The notes beneath the pieces were generated by a model. That model searched no databases. It was not told where the DNA came from and saw nothing but the letters and a program-made list of their open reading frames with translations. From Lytechinus pictus (Eukaryota), in contig NC_087259.1 of NCBI RefSeq assembly GCF_037042905.1, positions 22,010,001-22,074,000 on the forward strand: DNA of 64,000 nt, read 5' to 3'. This document shows positions 51,267 through 62,903 of the stretch, piece after piece. Both the position numbers and the translations under genes were made by a program. How positions within the stretch are numbered: the stretch's first letter is position 1; each line of letters begins with the position of its first letter.

Positions 51267-54200
51267 CTGTTAAGGTGAAGACAAAAAGAAAGAGTAAGGA
51301 TAATGAAGGGATTCTTAATCCTACATACAATGGGTGATTTCAAGTTCAGTGTTGGTGTTAAAAGCATACTTACAATTGCCTTCCATAGCTCAAACACCTA
51401 ATCAAAGTTTTTAAAAATGGTCCAAAATCACATACTTGATAGTTGAATTCCACATGAGACTTGGCTGAAGACCAGTCTTCTTTTATTTTTTGTTATGTGC
51501 TGATGTAAAATCTGTCCAAAACTAACACCCAAAACGTCAACACCGCTCTTGATATCACCCATTGATGAGTATCATTAGATCTTGATAAAACATATGAATA
51601 ATACTATCAACTTCAACTTTACCTTGGGGAACAATAAAATTTAATATTATCATTACTGTAGGCGATAGTTTAAACCACTGCCCTGTAAATCAGTCAATTT
51701 TGATATACTCTACTTTGGCATATAGTGTTGTAGGTATATGTCATCTATATGCCTGCCAAATTACCCAATTAAAACTACTTGATTTCAGCATGTAAAGTGC
51801 TAGCCATATCTACAGACAGAATTCACACCATTTTATTACTAGATGAGCAATAATTAATTTCCCACTACCATCATTTGGCATATTTTTCTTAGCAATAAAA
51901 AATATACATGCTTTTCACTTTTTGGGATTAATAAAAAGCACTTCAGATAACTTTTGATAAAGTTCAAAACTGGAGTTATCTTTAAACTGCACATGCATGA
52001 ATCCCCCCTCTCCCTGAAGTAAAGGCATTCACTAAGAGCACTGCATTAAAGAGTTTTGTCAGTTATTCGATTTCATTGGCTGACACTAAACTTGCTGAAG
52101 TAATTGCGCATTTGTTATCATAATTAGTTTTCATGAAACAGGACCCTGATGACAGGACCTACCTTGATGATAAGATCCTCTTTGACCCCAGGCAAAGTAT
52201 TAAAGTAGGTGATCTCGGGTGCCAGGAAGGTGGGCATCTGAGCATACATCTGGAAGCAGGTATGGGCAACCTCTTGGGCTAGCTCCAGGTGAGACTCTGG
52301 TAGCCCGTTGAAATGACCAAGGGCTAGTGTACCAGGAAAGAAGCAGGCCAGCTCGTCCTAAAAAGAGGAATAAAAGTGTAATGAGAGTAAAGGTAGTGAG
52401 AATTCCCTACAAAACGATCAGGGCTACATTTATTTAAGGCCATAAAAGGCCATGCGGTAGAATCCCTTATGATAAGTCTCCATGCCCCTCTCACTGGCCT
52501 CATTTTTTGCCTTTTTGAATTTTCTATCTGTGTTTTGTCATAATAATGTGCTCCATAGAAAAGTATCCTTCCCTCAAAAAAAATTACAGGCCTAAAAATC
52601 GGTAGAACATTATAAAACCTGATAAATATTCTTGCCTTGGAGCAGATAGGCGGAACAACCTATGATGTGGAATATATAACTTCAAATGAAATTAATGATA
52701 GAGCTCAATAAAAACAAAATTAAATATTACATATTCAAGGTGCTTTACATATGCTAGGACATGTCTTGTCCCGAGTCTAATTTCTGTAATGGGTAACTCC
52801 CGTAGAAACTCAGCAGGCCAAGCTGGTATTAGACCAATTACATAGAAAATATTTTAGTCTAAGTTGATCAGGCATAGTGGCTGACCTTACAGACGACAAA
52901 AATAACTCTAGGGTCTGTTTATCAATGTGGAGACAATGGCAGAGCAGGGGTTCAAACTCACAACCTTACAATCATGAGTCCAATAACCAATAGACCACAC
53001 AACAAAAGTGTGTCAATTCTATAACACCTATTCTATGGGTTGTCAACTTGAGAAAATGCTCTTAAAGGGGAATGAAACCCTTGGAACACGTAGGCTTGTG
53101 TTGAAACAGAAAAATCAAAGAATAAGAACAAAGAAAGTTTGAGAAAAATCGGACTGATAATGAGAAAGTTATGAGCATTTGAATATTGCAATCGCTAATG
53201 CTATGGAGATCCTCCCATTGGCAATGCGACAAGGATGTGTGATGTCACATGTGAACAACTTTCCTTTGATGGACTATAAAATACCCCCAAAATGTCTCTT
53301 TTTGCTTTTTCTTATGGTGATACAAACTCTTAATCCATGATGTATTCTTTAAAAATCTGTATTACATGCCCTCCTATAGAAAGAACACATGATCTACTGA
53401 TAGATGTGATAAAAGAGGCAGTTTAAGTGAAATATATACTAAAGTAATGGGAGAGTTGTTCACAAGTGACATCACACATCTTTGTCGCATTGCCAATGTG
53501 AGGATCTCCATAGCTTTAGTGATCGCAATATTCAAATGCTCATAACTTTCTCATTATTTGTCCGATTTTTCTCAAACTTTTGTTGTTCTGTTTCTTTGAT
53601 TTTTCTGTTTTCACACAAGCCTACGTGTTCCAAGGGTTTCATTCTCCTTTAATAACTCACCATCTTAGGAGTAAATGAATCTCTATGAAGCTCTCCGATG
53701 AATGTCAGTTTGTTGGGTTCTGATTGTCCCAAGAGTTTCTTCTTGATACCTTCTACTGCTGCCGAGTACTCATCAAGGAATCTGAAATCAACACATTCAT
53801 AATATACCTACTCGTCACCGAATTCAAAAAAAAAAAAAAATTACTTGAAAACCCCATATTTGTCAATATGATGTTTGAAATACAGTGTACTCAATGAAAA
53901 AGCTGTTACAACAGCCAGTTTGCTTGCAATGGACCATTATCATCATCATCTTGATAGATTGGTTGATAACCATGTACTCAAAATGATTACAAATCTCATT
54001 TAGATACAATACAGTACATTATGTTTTGATCACTTTCTTTGAAATGATATTGCAATTCACATATTCGTAAATTGACCTCTTCAGCCTGTGCTGAAGGCCA
54101 ATATTTATATCAATACATAAAATAAACAAATAAAAAATATACAAATAAACACTAGCTTTCCTTGGATCTCACTTGTAGATTTAATAATTTAATCCTAATT

Positions 54201-57200
54201 GTTGCCTGTGCTTGGGATTAACTAATCCTTCAAATTTTCAAGTTACTATCACTCGCGGTGTGTGCTCTTCAGGAAAAAGCTGTAAACCACCTTAGGAAAA
54301 GTAGGCATCTCGTAGTAATGAGAATTGTTGGTGAATATGAAACATACAAATTATTCATATACTCTCCTCAAACGAACTTACATTTTTTCTGATTTGCTCG
54401 TCTGTAACCACTGTTTGAGTAAATATTCATAGTAGCTATCAGCTCGTGCACCCAGGGTCAAGATAGAGTTGGGCCGGAATTGACCAGAGTTGGCATTTAT
54501 AAAGATTGGTACCAGACCTTCTTTCTTTGGCAAATTGTGTAGGTGCATCATTACCTGTTTAAGAAAAGGATATAGAACTGAAATACATGTATTTATCTAA
54601 GTGCTCTAATCTCATCAATGCGTATTCTGAACTCAGGTTCAATTCAAACTCTGGGCCCCGTCTTTCAAAGAGATTGTAACTCTATGTTTATCCATCAGTG
54701 TCATAAATTATTCAACAGGAAACTTGCAAAATGTCCTATGTAATCAAAGGAGAACACACCAGATTGTCCAGAAATCAATGAATTTATGGATATACATTCA
54801 TATCTGACTTTGAGACAGAGGGTCGTGGGTTCGAATTCCAGCCATGGCGTAATTTCCTTCAGCAAGAAATTTATCCACACTGTGCTGCACTCAACCCAGG
54901 TGAGGTGAATGGGTACCCGGTAGCAGGGTGCAACATAAGCGCTTGCCCGATTGCCCGGGGCAAGTAAAAGTTAGAGTCGGGCAAGTGTTTTGAAGCAAAG
55001 ACAAAAACTGCTTGCCCGAATCAGGCAAGCAAAATTCTCCTATGGAAATTATATTTTAGAAAGATTCCCCATATTTCACCATCAAAATATAGAAAAGAAA
55101 AAGAGACAAAAAAAGCAATATCATTAATTTCTTCTTTCGAATTGCAAAACACACAGCTCAGAGACGTACACACACACACAGAATCAATGGCAGTCTAGCA
55201 TACCTAGCTAGCGCCTAGTCCACGCAGCCGATGCATGCAGTTAAGTTTATGGTTTCTACAGAGTACGGTGCTGCAAGAACGAAGTTTGCTCTGGAAGAAA
55301 TCTCCCACAGAACTGTCAAAATTCACATTTCTTACCAATGAAAATTCTTGTAGTGTCCATATTTGATATTGGTGAATTTTCTTCTTTATTTATGACTGGA
55401 TAGTTTGAGCTTTCTTCCTCTCTATTTTCTTTCTTTCTGCCTATCTTTCCTTCTTTTGAATCTCTCTTTATTTCTTTAAATTTCCTTCCTTCTTCTGTTA
55501 ATTTTTCTGTTACTATAGCTGTCTTTCTTTTTGTCATTCTTTTCTTTCTATCTTTTTTTCTTTCTTCCTTCCATCCAACCTTTGTTTACCTATTTCTTTA
55601 ATCCTTCCTTCTTTTTCCCCTTCCTTTCATTCTTTCTTACTGTCTTCCTTCCTTCCGTCCATCCATTCTTTACCTTTTCTTCCTGTCTTTTTTTCTTCCT
55701 TACTTTCTTCATCCCTTTCATTCTTTCCTTTCTTTATTTCTTTCCTTCATTCCTTCCTTTCTTTTTGTCTTTCATTCTTTCTTTCTCCTTCCTTCCTTTC
55801 TTTCCTTCTTTCTTTATTTCTGTCTTTCGTTCTTTTGATCTTTCTTTTTTCCATCCATCCTTTCTTTTCTTCCTTATTTTTTCTTTCTGCCTTCCTTCAT
55901 TCTTTCTGTCTTGTATCTATCTTTTCTTTTTTTCTTTTTTTCCCTTCCTTCCATCTATCCTTATACCTTTTCTTTCTTCCTTCTTTCCTTTCTCTCATTT
56001 TCTTTCTTTCCCTTTTTTCTTTCTTTTTTTCCTTTTATTCATTCCTTTCTTTCCTTCCTTTCTCTTCCTCTCAGTTTTTTTCTATTTTTTTTTTCTCTCT
56101 TTTTTCTTTCCATCCTCCTTTCCCTTCTTTCTTCCTTTCTTTCCATCTTTCTCTTTCCCGCAGCCATTCTCTCTCTTTCTTTATTTATTCATTTTTTCTT
56201 TCTTCCTTCCTTTATTTCTTCGTCCTTTCTGTCTTTCTTCTTACTTTTTTCTTTCATTCTCTCCCCCTCTCTTATTTTTTTTCTCTGGTTATTTTCAGTG
56301 ATTTCCCCTTTTTTATTGTGTGTCCTAGTCCCCTCCAAAATATATGGAAAATATATGAGATTAGGAAATTAACTAAAGAGCATATTTACCATATATGTTG
56401 TCATGATGTTCAAGATAAATGAAAATCATTAAAAAAAAGATATACAACTACAAGGTACATCAGTAGTCATGTTGAAAAATGTTTTTTTTAAGCCGTCAAT
56501 GGTATGGTATGTAAAACTACAGTATAAGGCTATAACTTGTTTTGAAGCAATAAAACTTTGTTTTGAAGGATTTTTTCGGGCAAGTGAAATCTATATTCGG
56601 GCAAGTATTTTCCAACTTTTTGAAAATTTACTTGCCCGACTGGGCAAGTGCTTCAAAAAAGTTATGTAGCACCCTGCCCGGTAGGAAGAAATTCTTTGAA
56701 TGCTTTGAGCACCTAGGCAGCCCAGCTAAAGCCGGGGTAATAATAATAGCAGGGCCCGCTGGGAGAACAGTTTTCAGAACTGATGTGGCTTCCCTGGGTA
56801 AATATACCTATATTATTATTATTATCTAGAAATAGTTTTGAACAAACATGCATTTTATATGTTGACTTTGCTGGCTTTCCATAGTTGTGATTGATCGGAT
56901 CAATCGCAACTCTGGTCTGAAGTTGTGGTTTCACTATGGATAGCCAAGTGTGACACAAATATCTAACAGTAGAGGTTCAACATCTCAGCTCATTCGACAG
57001 TCAAATCATTAATAATTTCTGGCATTGATAGTAAAATAATTTTCTTCAACTATCAAAGTATAAGAAAGGGGCAAAGTTAAACTGAGAAACATACAATATA
57101 CTTTTAACATTTTTGTCCCAAGTTAAATGAGACTTCAGAATACAGGATATTTAATTCAGATTTGTGAATTATCATTACATTTCCAGTTGGGTAGAATCAA

Positions 57201-60200
57201 AGTGTTTGTACAGCGTTTAAACCATTAAAAGGCATAAACGCTTTCCAATATCGACATCATTTGACTGTATAGGGGGGGGGAACCTTCACCAAAAGATGCC
57301 AAAAATTCACATTTCACATCCTTACATTCATGAAAAAGTCATTTATTTTCCATATTTCATTGAAATTCTTTTGATTCGGGAACTGACAAAATAAAAGATA
57401 TTCCCCTCTTTCTTGACTGTGAAAGATCAACGTCTCTAAGCACTTTACAGACATTTTATTAACCTGGTCATCGGATCCTGGTATGCCCGACACACACTTT
57501 ATGCAATTTTGCTCACTCCCTGGGGAGCATTCCAGCAAGACTTTTCAAACTCAATTTCATTTCGTTAGTGTCAAATCATCTGACCTTATCAACAGCTTGC
57601 TTGTACTTTGGATCACCAGTAGTAAATGAGAGATCACGGAACTCAAGTTGAATAGTACTGACTTCAGAGACGGAGCTGTCAGGTCCCCATCGCGGTGCGT
57701 GTGCATTACCTGTATGCAAGTTGACATCTGAGAAGGGTACAGCTGATTTACTCTGGAAACAACGCAGCAGGCTGTCGCCTAGTCCTACCTGTTAGACAAC
57801 GACACAATATATTTAAGTCTTAGCAAAATAAAATTACAACTCTTTTTTTTTAGTTTTGTGTTACATTGTGCCAATTGGCAACTTTGGCATATAAAGAATT
57901 AAATGCAAAAGACATTGAAAGATTTCTTCTTCTACGACGACATTCAACCATTAAAAGAGTTCAAAATATTTAGGATACATAACTATAAAACATAATTCAT
58001 CATTTGAACCAAGCCTGTTTGGGGGTTCGACTAAACCCCCTAAAATTTTCAAAAGCTAGAAAAAAAACTAGGGGTGGGAAAGGACAAGAGAAGGGAAGAG
58101 AAAGGATAAAGCCCCTAATTGAAAACCCTGACTATGGGGCTGTGAACTGATATGATTTGATTTATCATGGTGGTAAAATTAGTTATATTATCTTAGAGAA
58201 GTAGACCCTTCACAAAAACACAAATTTTTCAGTGAAACTTTTTACTGAAAGATTTCTTTTACTAAAGAATAATCATAGAATAGAGAAGACATGACATAAT
58301 AATTCAATTCTTCTGACCTTCAAACAATTGATCATAAATTAATAAATGATATAATCAACACCAATTGTAAGTATATTGTACAAGTGTTAACAAGAATTAC
58401 AATTGATTGCAGCGATTGACTGTATCTTTGATGTAACATGATCCTATACTTACAGCTTTTTGAAGAAACATATCATCACCAGTGAGATGGTAGGTACTGA
58501 GAAAGCTCCCTAAAACTCGGATTGTTGTCTCAAATAAATTAACATCTTTGTTAGGAGTTACGCTCATCTGTGCTATATGATCCCTAGCCTCTTGAAACTC
58601 TGGAAACAAAAATAAATGTACACCTTGATTAGAAATCTGGACTGGACTATTGCACTCATTGTTTCCCAACTGTCAGCCATGGTCAAGAAACATTAAGTTC
58701 TAAGAGAGTGGGTTACAGGTTGTACTCACCATCGGTCAAACCCATGATGACCATTGTATCCAAACCAACAACCATGGTCAAGAAACATTAATTTCTAAGA
58801 GAGTGGGTTACAGGTTGTACTCACCATCGGTCAAACCCATGATGACCATTGTATCCAGACTGTCCACCATGGTCAAGCTAAGAGTGAACCATTCACTCCA
58901 TTTTTTGCTGATTGGTTTGAGTTCATCATGCCCCCAAGCATGAGCCTTGTAAGCTTTCCAGGCATGTTTGAAGGCATCCACCACGGCACGCTGACGATCA
59001 TTCTTTGCACCTACAAGGAAAGACAAGCTTCAAATCTTTATCTTGTACTGATTTATAATTTCTCCAGGGATAATATGTGTGGCAATTCTGTAAAATGTTT
59101 TTTTTTGTGTGTTCAACTCCCATTTCTGTCCATACTTCCTTTATCTCATGTACCTCTTCTACAGGGTTCCCAGCTTTTCCAGAAAATAAAATTCCCTGAT
59201 GAAGTTTAGAAATTCCCTGACGATAATAATGATTTAAACCCATTCTCAGTTTTGCATGTTTCCTAAGTTGTTGCAGTGAATTACAAGAAAAAAACCCACT
59301 AAAATAACACCATATTCATTCAATGGATGCTGTTTTGATATGCAACAAAATACAACAGAGTCTGACTGACTAACGTGCTTTCGACTTTTGGGCCGATCAA
59401 AATTCCCTGATTTTTCCGTCATTTGAGGCATTTTCCCCTGATTTGAGGTATTTTAAAAATCAAATTCCCTGATTTTTCCTTGACTGGAAAAAAGTATAAT
59501 AATTTTTCCTGATTTCCCTGATTGGCTGGGAACCCTGTTCTACCTTTTTTACAATAATGATGATAACATATGCAATTGGTAAGGCGCCATATCCATCTTG
59601 CTATCCCAGATCTCTCATGGGAGGGAATTCCAGAAAAACATGACACCTTTCCAAATGAATTGTAGAACAGGGACAAATCATTTTAAGAAGCTCCCTCACA
59701 TTAAATTTTTCTTGCATTGCCTCTGAGTGCACAGCTAATGAGAACAAAGATCATGAATCAATAAGATGGTTCCATTAGAGGAAAATAGCAAAATAAAAAA
59801 TAACAAAGATCATGATTCAATAAGATGGCTCCCTAAGAGGAAAATAGCAATTAAACCAACATATTCATAAGTTTTCATAGGAAGAAATTCAACACAATTT
59901 GGATGCTTCTGTAACAGCTGGGCCCGTCTTACAAAGAGTTGCGATTGATCCAATCAACCACAACTACGGAAAGCCAGCAACTTCAACATTTAAAATACAT
60001 GTTTGTTTAAAAATATTTTCTAGATATGATGTATATTCATACATTCACATTTTTGATTAAAATTCAGTGTGCTTCTCTTTGTTTACAAATTACATTTTGC
60101 CACTTTCCTGAAGAAAAAATTGATGGATTTCCATATACTTGAGGTTGATTGGATCAATCATAACTCTTTGTAAGACGGGGCCCTGGTGTCAGTCACACAG

Positions 60201-62903
60201 AGTAGAACAAGATTTATGACACCTCCCTCCTCCCAAAAAAAAATAATTAAAATGAAATCCTGAATAAAACGAGGTTATCAAATAACTAGCAAATATAAAT
60301 TACGATGGAAAATGGAACAAAAATAGAGTAGAAGATTTATGACCAGCAGAAGTTATGTAATGCCACTGGAAATTCCACATATTGCCTAACATCTCACTTT
60401 CCCCCACCAGACAAGTTGCTTGGGTTAAGCAGGCATGGCTGCAGAATTGCTTGCTGGTACATCAAGTTTACTTTCCCCAAAAGAAGTCTCTATTGCTGGT
60501 AATTCCAATGCTTTTTACAAAGTATGGGGTCCCCAAGAATGCCGACACATATGAATTTAATTGCAAATGTGCAATTGCAAATTTCCTGTTGCATGTCACA
60601 TTTGCTCAAAGCAACCTGTATTAACCAATCAGAATTTATGTTTCAATAATATCACTGTATTACATGACGGTGGAGAGATTTAAAAGCATCTACTTACCAT
60701 ACATTGAATGAGGATCATTATTGCCAAGGTTTCTTTCCTCATTGTCTGGAAAAGGTATCACTACTTCTTTCTCATCATTCTCCTACACAGGTAAAACACA
60801 ACAGTAAACAAATACATAATGAATATCAGTTTACTATCATGCAAATACTTTTACATTTTTTGAATAAAAAAAAGGTTATGAATTATTTGTTAATACATAT
60901 GTTCATGTTTGTTGGTGTCAAAATATTAACTAATGGTTTCAAATCTACTATTGCAACCTTATTGCATCTAATTTACTTTTAAAACATTAATTCCACCTCT
61001 TTGTTGTTTTTTAAAATAGTCTTGGGGTGAAAATATGATATTATGTTGGTTTTAAAAGAAACAGAATTAAAAACTGTTTGAACAGTTTCTGCAAAAACCC
61101 ACAAGAATTTCAATAGTACTGAAATGTAAGCCTTTAAAATCACTAGAAACTGAAATATTTGCTGTCAAACTTATACTCCCAATAATTCATCCTTATGGTT
61201 AAATCATTTTGAAAAGAAATGTGAAATACAAGATAAGAGAAAGTCTGGTCGATATGATTTTAAAAATTTTGTTTGATAAAAATGTCTGAGATTTAACCTT
61301 AAAGAAATCACACTATTGTTCTGTTTGTTAATCTTATTTTGAAAATTGTATGGTGCCATAATTTAATAAATATCAATAATACTGTTAATGAGTTACCACA
61401 CAACACCAAATAAAGGAAACAATAACAATGATTATATCAACTAACTTGCCTTGCAAAAGCTACAAAATCAAATAAGATTTTGGCTAGGAAAGCTCAAATC
61501 ATTTGTACCTGTCATTTATGACCTAATTCATAACTAATTAAAAAAGCAAATAAGATCCAAATGTGATAGCTTCAGAAACATATTCCATGCACAAATGAAG
61601 AAAAATATATGCCAGGTACCACTACGGAAGTACTTCCTCCAAATAAAATCAAAATCTTGAATAATTTAAACTAAACACATGCTACCAAATCGAAGAAAGG
61701 CCCGTCCTTTAGTTAATGGGAGAGCAATCAATGAAGTGATTTGTGAGTGACTTTCACCATTAACTGCCATGAGCTATTGGAATTCTCATATTTGATTGGC
61801 TAAGAGCAAATCAGTGAAAATCAGTGACAAATCTGTTCATGAAACCCATCCCTGAATGCATGCACTACTTTACCTACACCGCCCCCATCATGCTAAAATA
61901 AGCAGATTCAGCCAAACGATAAAAGATGGACAAAGAGCCACAGATGGACACCAATTTTTTTTTATCCAACAATTTTGTGTTACCCCTAGGGCACCCTCGG
62001 CGGCGCCCACGTCCGAACGATCTATATCATATTCTTCTCCATCATCATTGTTGTCATCGCTGATGTTGTCTGCTATGTACACATCATCCTCATTATTCCT
62101 CACCCCTTCCTTGACTACGTCCGGTGGGACTTGGATACCGAGATGGGGCAAGACCCTCTCTCCGTCTGCAATATCTGTGTCCTCGTCTCTGATTGGTTGG
62201 TTCATCTCTGCGGGGTCTCCATCATCTGTATCCCGATCTCTGATTGGCTGGCCTCCCAATTTGGGTGGACCCCTCTTCCCTGGCCTACCCTGTAATGTTA
62301 ACCATAGTAATATAATTAAATAGGTAATCAATTATTTAATTAATTCAAGAATTGATCAATTAATTCAATGATTTATTCTTTTTAATTCAATTGTATTGTA
62401 TTATTTCCCACTCTCAATCTTTTATATTTACAATAATGATACAGTAGCACGAATGCACGATATAATCACTTTTCAAGTAACATGTAAAAAGATACACAAT
62501 ACAATAAACAATAATAAAAACAAAATAAGAATTATGTACATGTATGTACAAATGAATGAATGAACGAACAAACGAATGAATGATTTGACCCAAAAAGGAT
62601 AACAGAACACTATTACCTTCGAGATACAACTGACCAAAAAGTAATACTCACCTTGAAACCTTTGTCCTTCTCCAGCTCATCTCCTACTCCTGGGTTGAAA
62701 TCATCATTGACAGGATCATGCCCCTCCTGCCCCCCTCCTCCGATTCCTAGCCAATCTTTCCTTGCAAGGGTATTGTTGTCTAATCCTCTGTCCTTGGTTT
62801 CATCAAGCACAAAATGTCTGAAAACAACAAAGCTGGCAAGAACACCGATAAGAAGTATCACCATGACAACCTTCCTCTGGAGACGAGATAACCTCCTCCA
62901 TAT
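50916..62903 (-). CDS. MAN1B1: ER mannosyl-oligosaccharide 1,2-alpha-mannosidase (GH47), spliced; 10 visible exons, 650 aa, first exon not located
   Basis: Exons 62903-62652, 62289-61984, 61892-61874, 59010-58825, 58599-58454, 57788-57585, 54554-54382, 53781-53661, 52357-52163, 51266-50916 (1953 nt, phase-consistent). Motifs: WRRLSRLQR plus transmembrane segment, [60 protein letters not shown]. Confidence 0.96.
52163..52357 (-). CDS. MAN1B1: MAN1B1 exon ([14 protein letters not shown]...LAPEI)
   Basis: GH47 motif; 65 codons. Confidence 0.95.
53066..53648. mobile_element. TTAA-target foldback element (Kolobok-like), about 200-bp TIRs
   Basis: TTAA|agggga...tctcct|TTAA; arms nearly mirror each other. 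Confidence 0.8.
53661..53781 (-). CDS. MAN1B1: MAN1B1 exon (FLDEY...FTPKM)
   Basis: 121 nt, phase-compatible. Confidence 0.93.
54382..54554 (-). CDS. MAN1B1: MAN1B1 exon ([15 protein letters not shown])
   Basis: GH47 motif. Confidence 0.95.
54924..56676. mobile_element. hAT-type non-autonomous transposon, 1753 bp
   Basis: TIR cagggtgc / gcaccctg; perfect 8-bp TSD cccggtag (54916-54923 and 56677-56684); subterminal cttgcccg repeats. Confidence 0.88.
55400..56290. repeat. CT-rich low-complexity tract
   Basis: (CTTT/CCTT)n-like. Confidence 0.9.
57585..57788 (-). CDS. MAN1B1: MAN1B1 exon (VPFSDVNL...IQLEF)
   Basis: GH47 motif; 68 codons. Confidence 0.95.
58454..58599 (-). CDS. MAN1B1: MAN1B1 exon ([12 protein letters not shown])
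   Basis: GH47 motif. Confidence 0.95.
58669..58877. repeat. 95-bp tandem duplication spanning a MAN1B1 splice donor
   Basis: ccatggtcaag at 58677, 58772 and 58867. Confidence 0.9.
58825..59010 (-). CDS. MAN1B1: MAN1B1 exon ([21 protein letters not shown])
   Basis: GH47 N-terminal motif. Confidence 0.95.
59162..59537. mobile_element. MITE with CAGGGTTCCCA TIRs and a 5-bp TSD (hAT-like ends)
   Basis: ttcta|cagggttcccagc ... gctgggaaccctg|ttcta; internal aaattccctga repeats. Confidence 0.75.
59920..60183. mobile_element. MITE family B, inverted copy
   Basis: ggcccgtcttacaaagagtt ... aactctttgtaagacggggccc. Confidence 0.78.
61874..61892 (-). CDS. MAN1B1: MAN1B1 19-nt microexon (HDGGGV+G)
   Basis: ttttag|CATGATGGGGGCGGTGTAG|gtaaag; supplies the phase 0 to phase 1 shift needed by the next exon. 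Confidence 0.72.
61984..62289 (-). CDS. MAN1B1: MAN1B1 acidic stem exon
   Basis: cag acceptor, gtaac donor; 102 codons. Confidence 0.85.
62652..62903 (-). CDS. MAN1B1: MAN1B1 exon (cytosolic tail end and transmembrane anchor)
   Basis: [28 protein letters not shown]...; 84 codons. Confidence 0.9.

Larger units (their letters stand above)
54806..56827 (+). mobile_element. 5'-truncated tRNA-SINE interrupted by a hAT element
   Basis: B box ggttcgaattcc; body resumes after 56677; (TAT)n tail. Confidence 0.78.

Noticed and set aside
55531-56422. Long ORFs of 256, 195 and 153 aa
   Set aside because: Phe/Ser/Leu-rich translations of a CT low-complexity tract inside a hAT element
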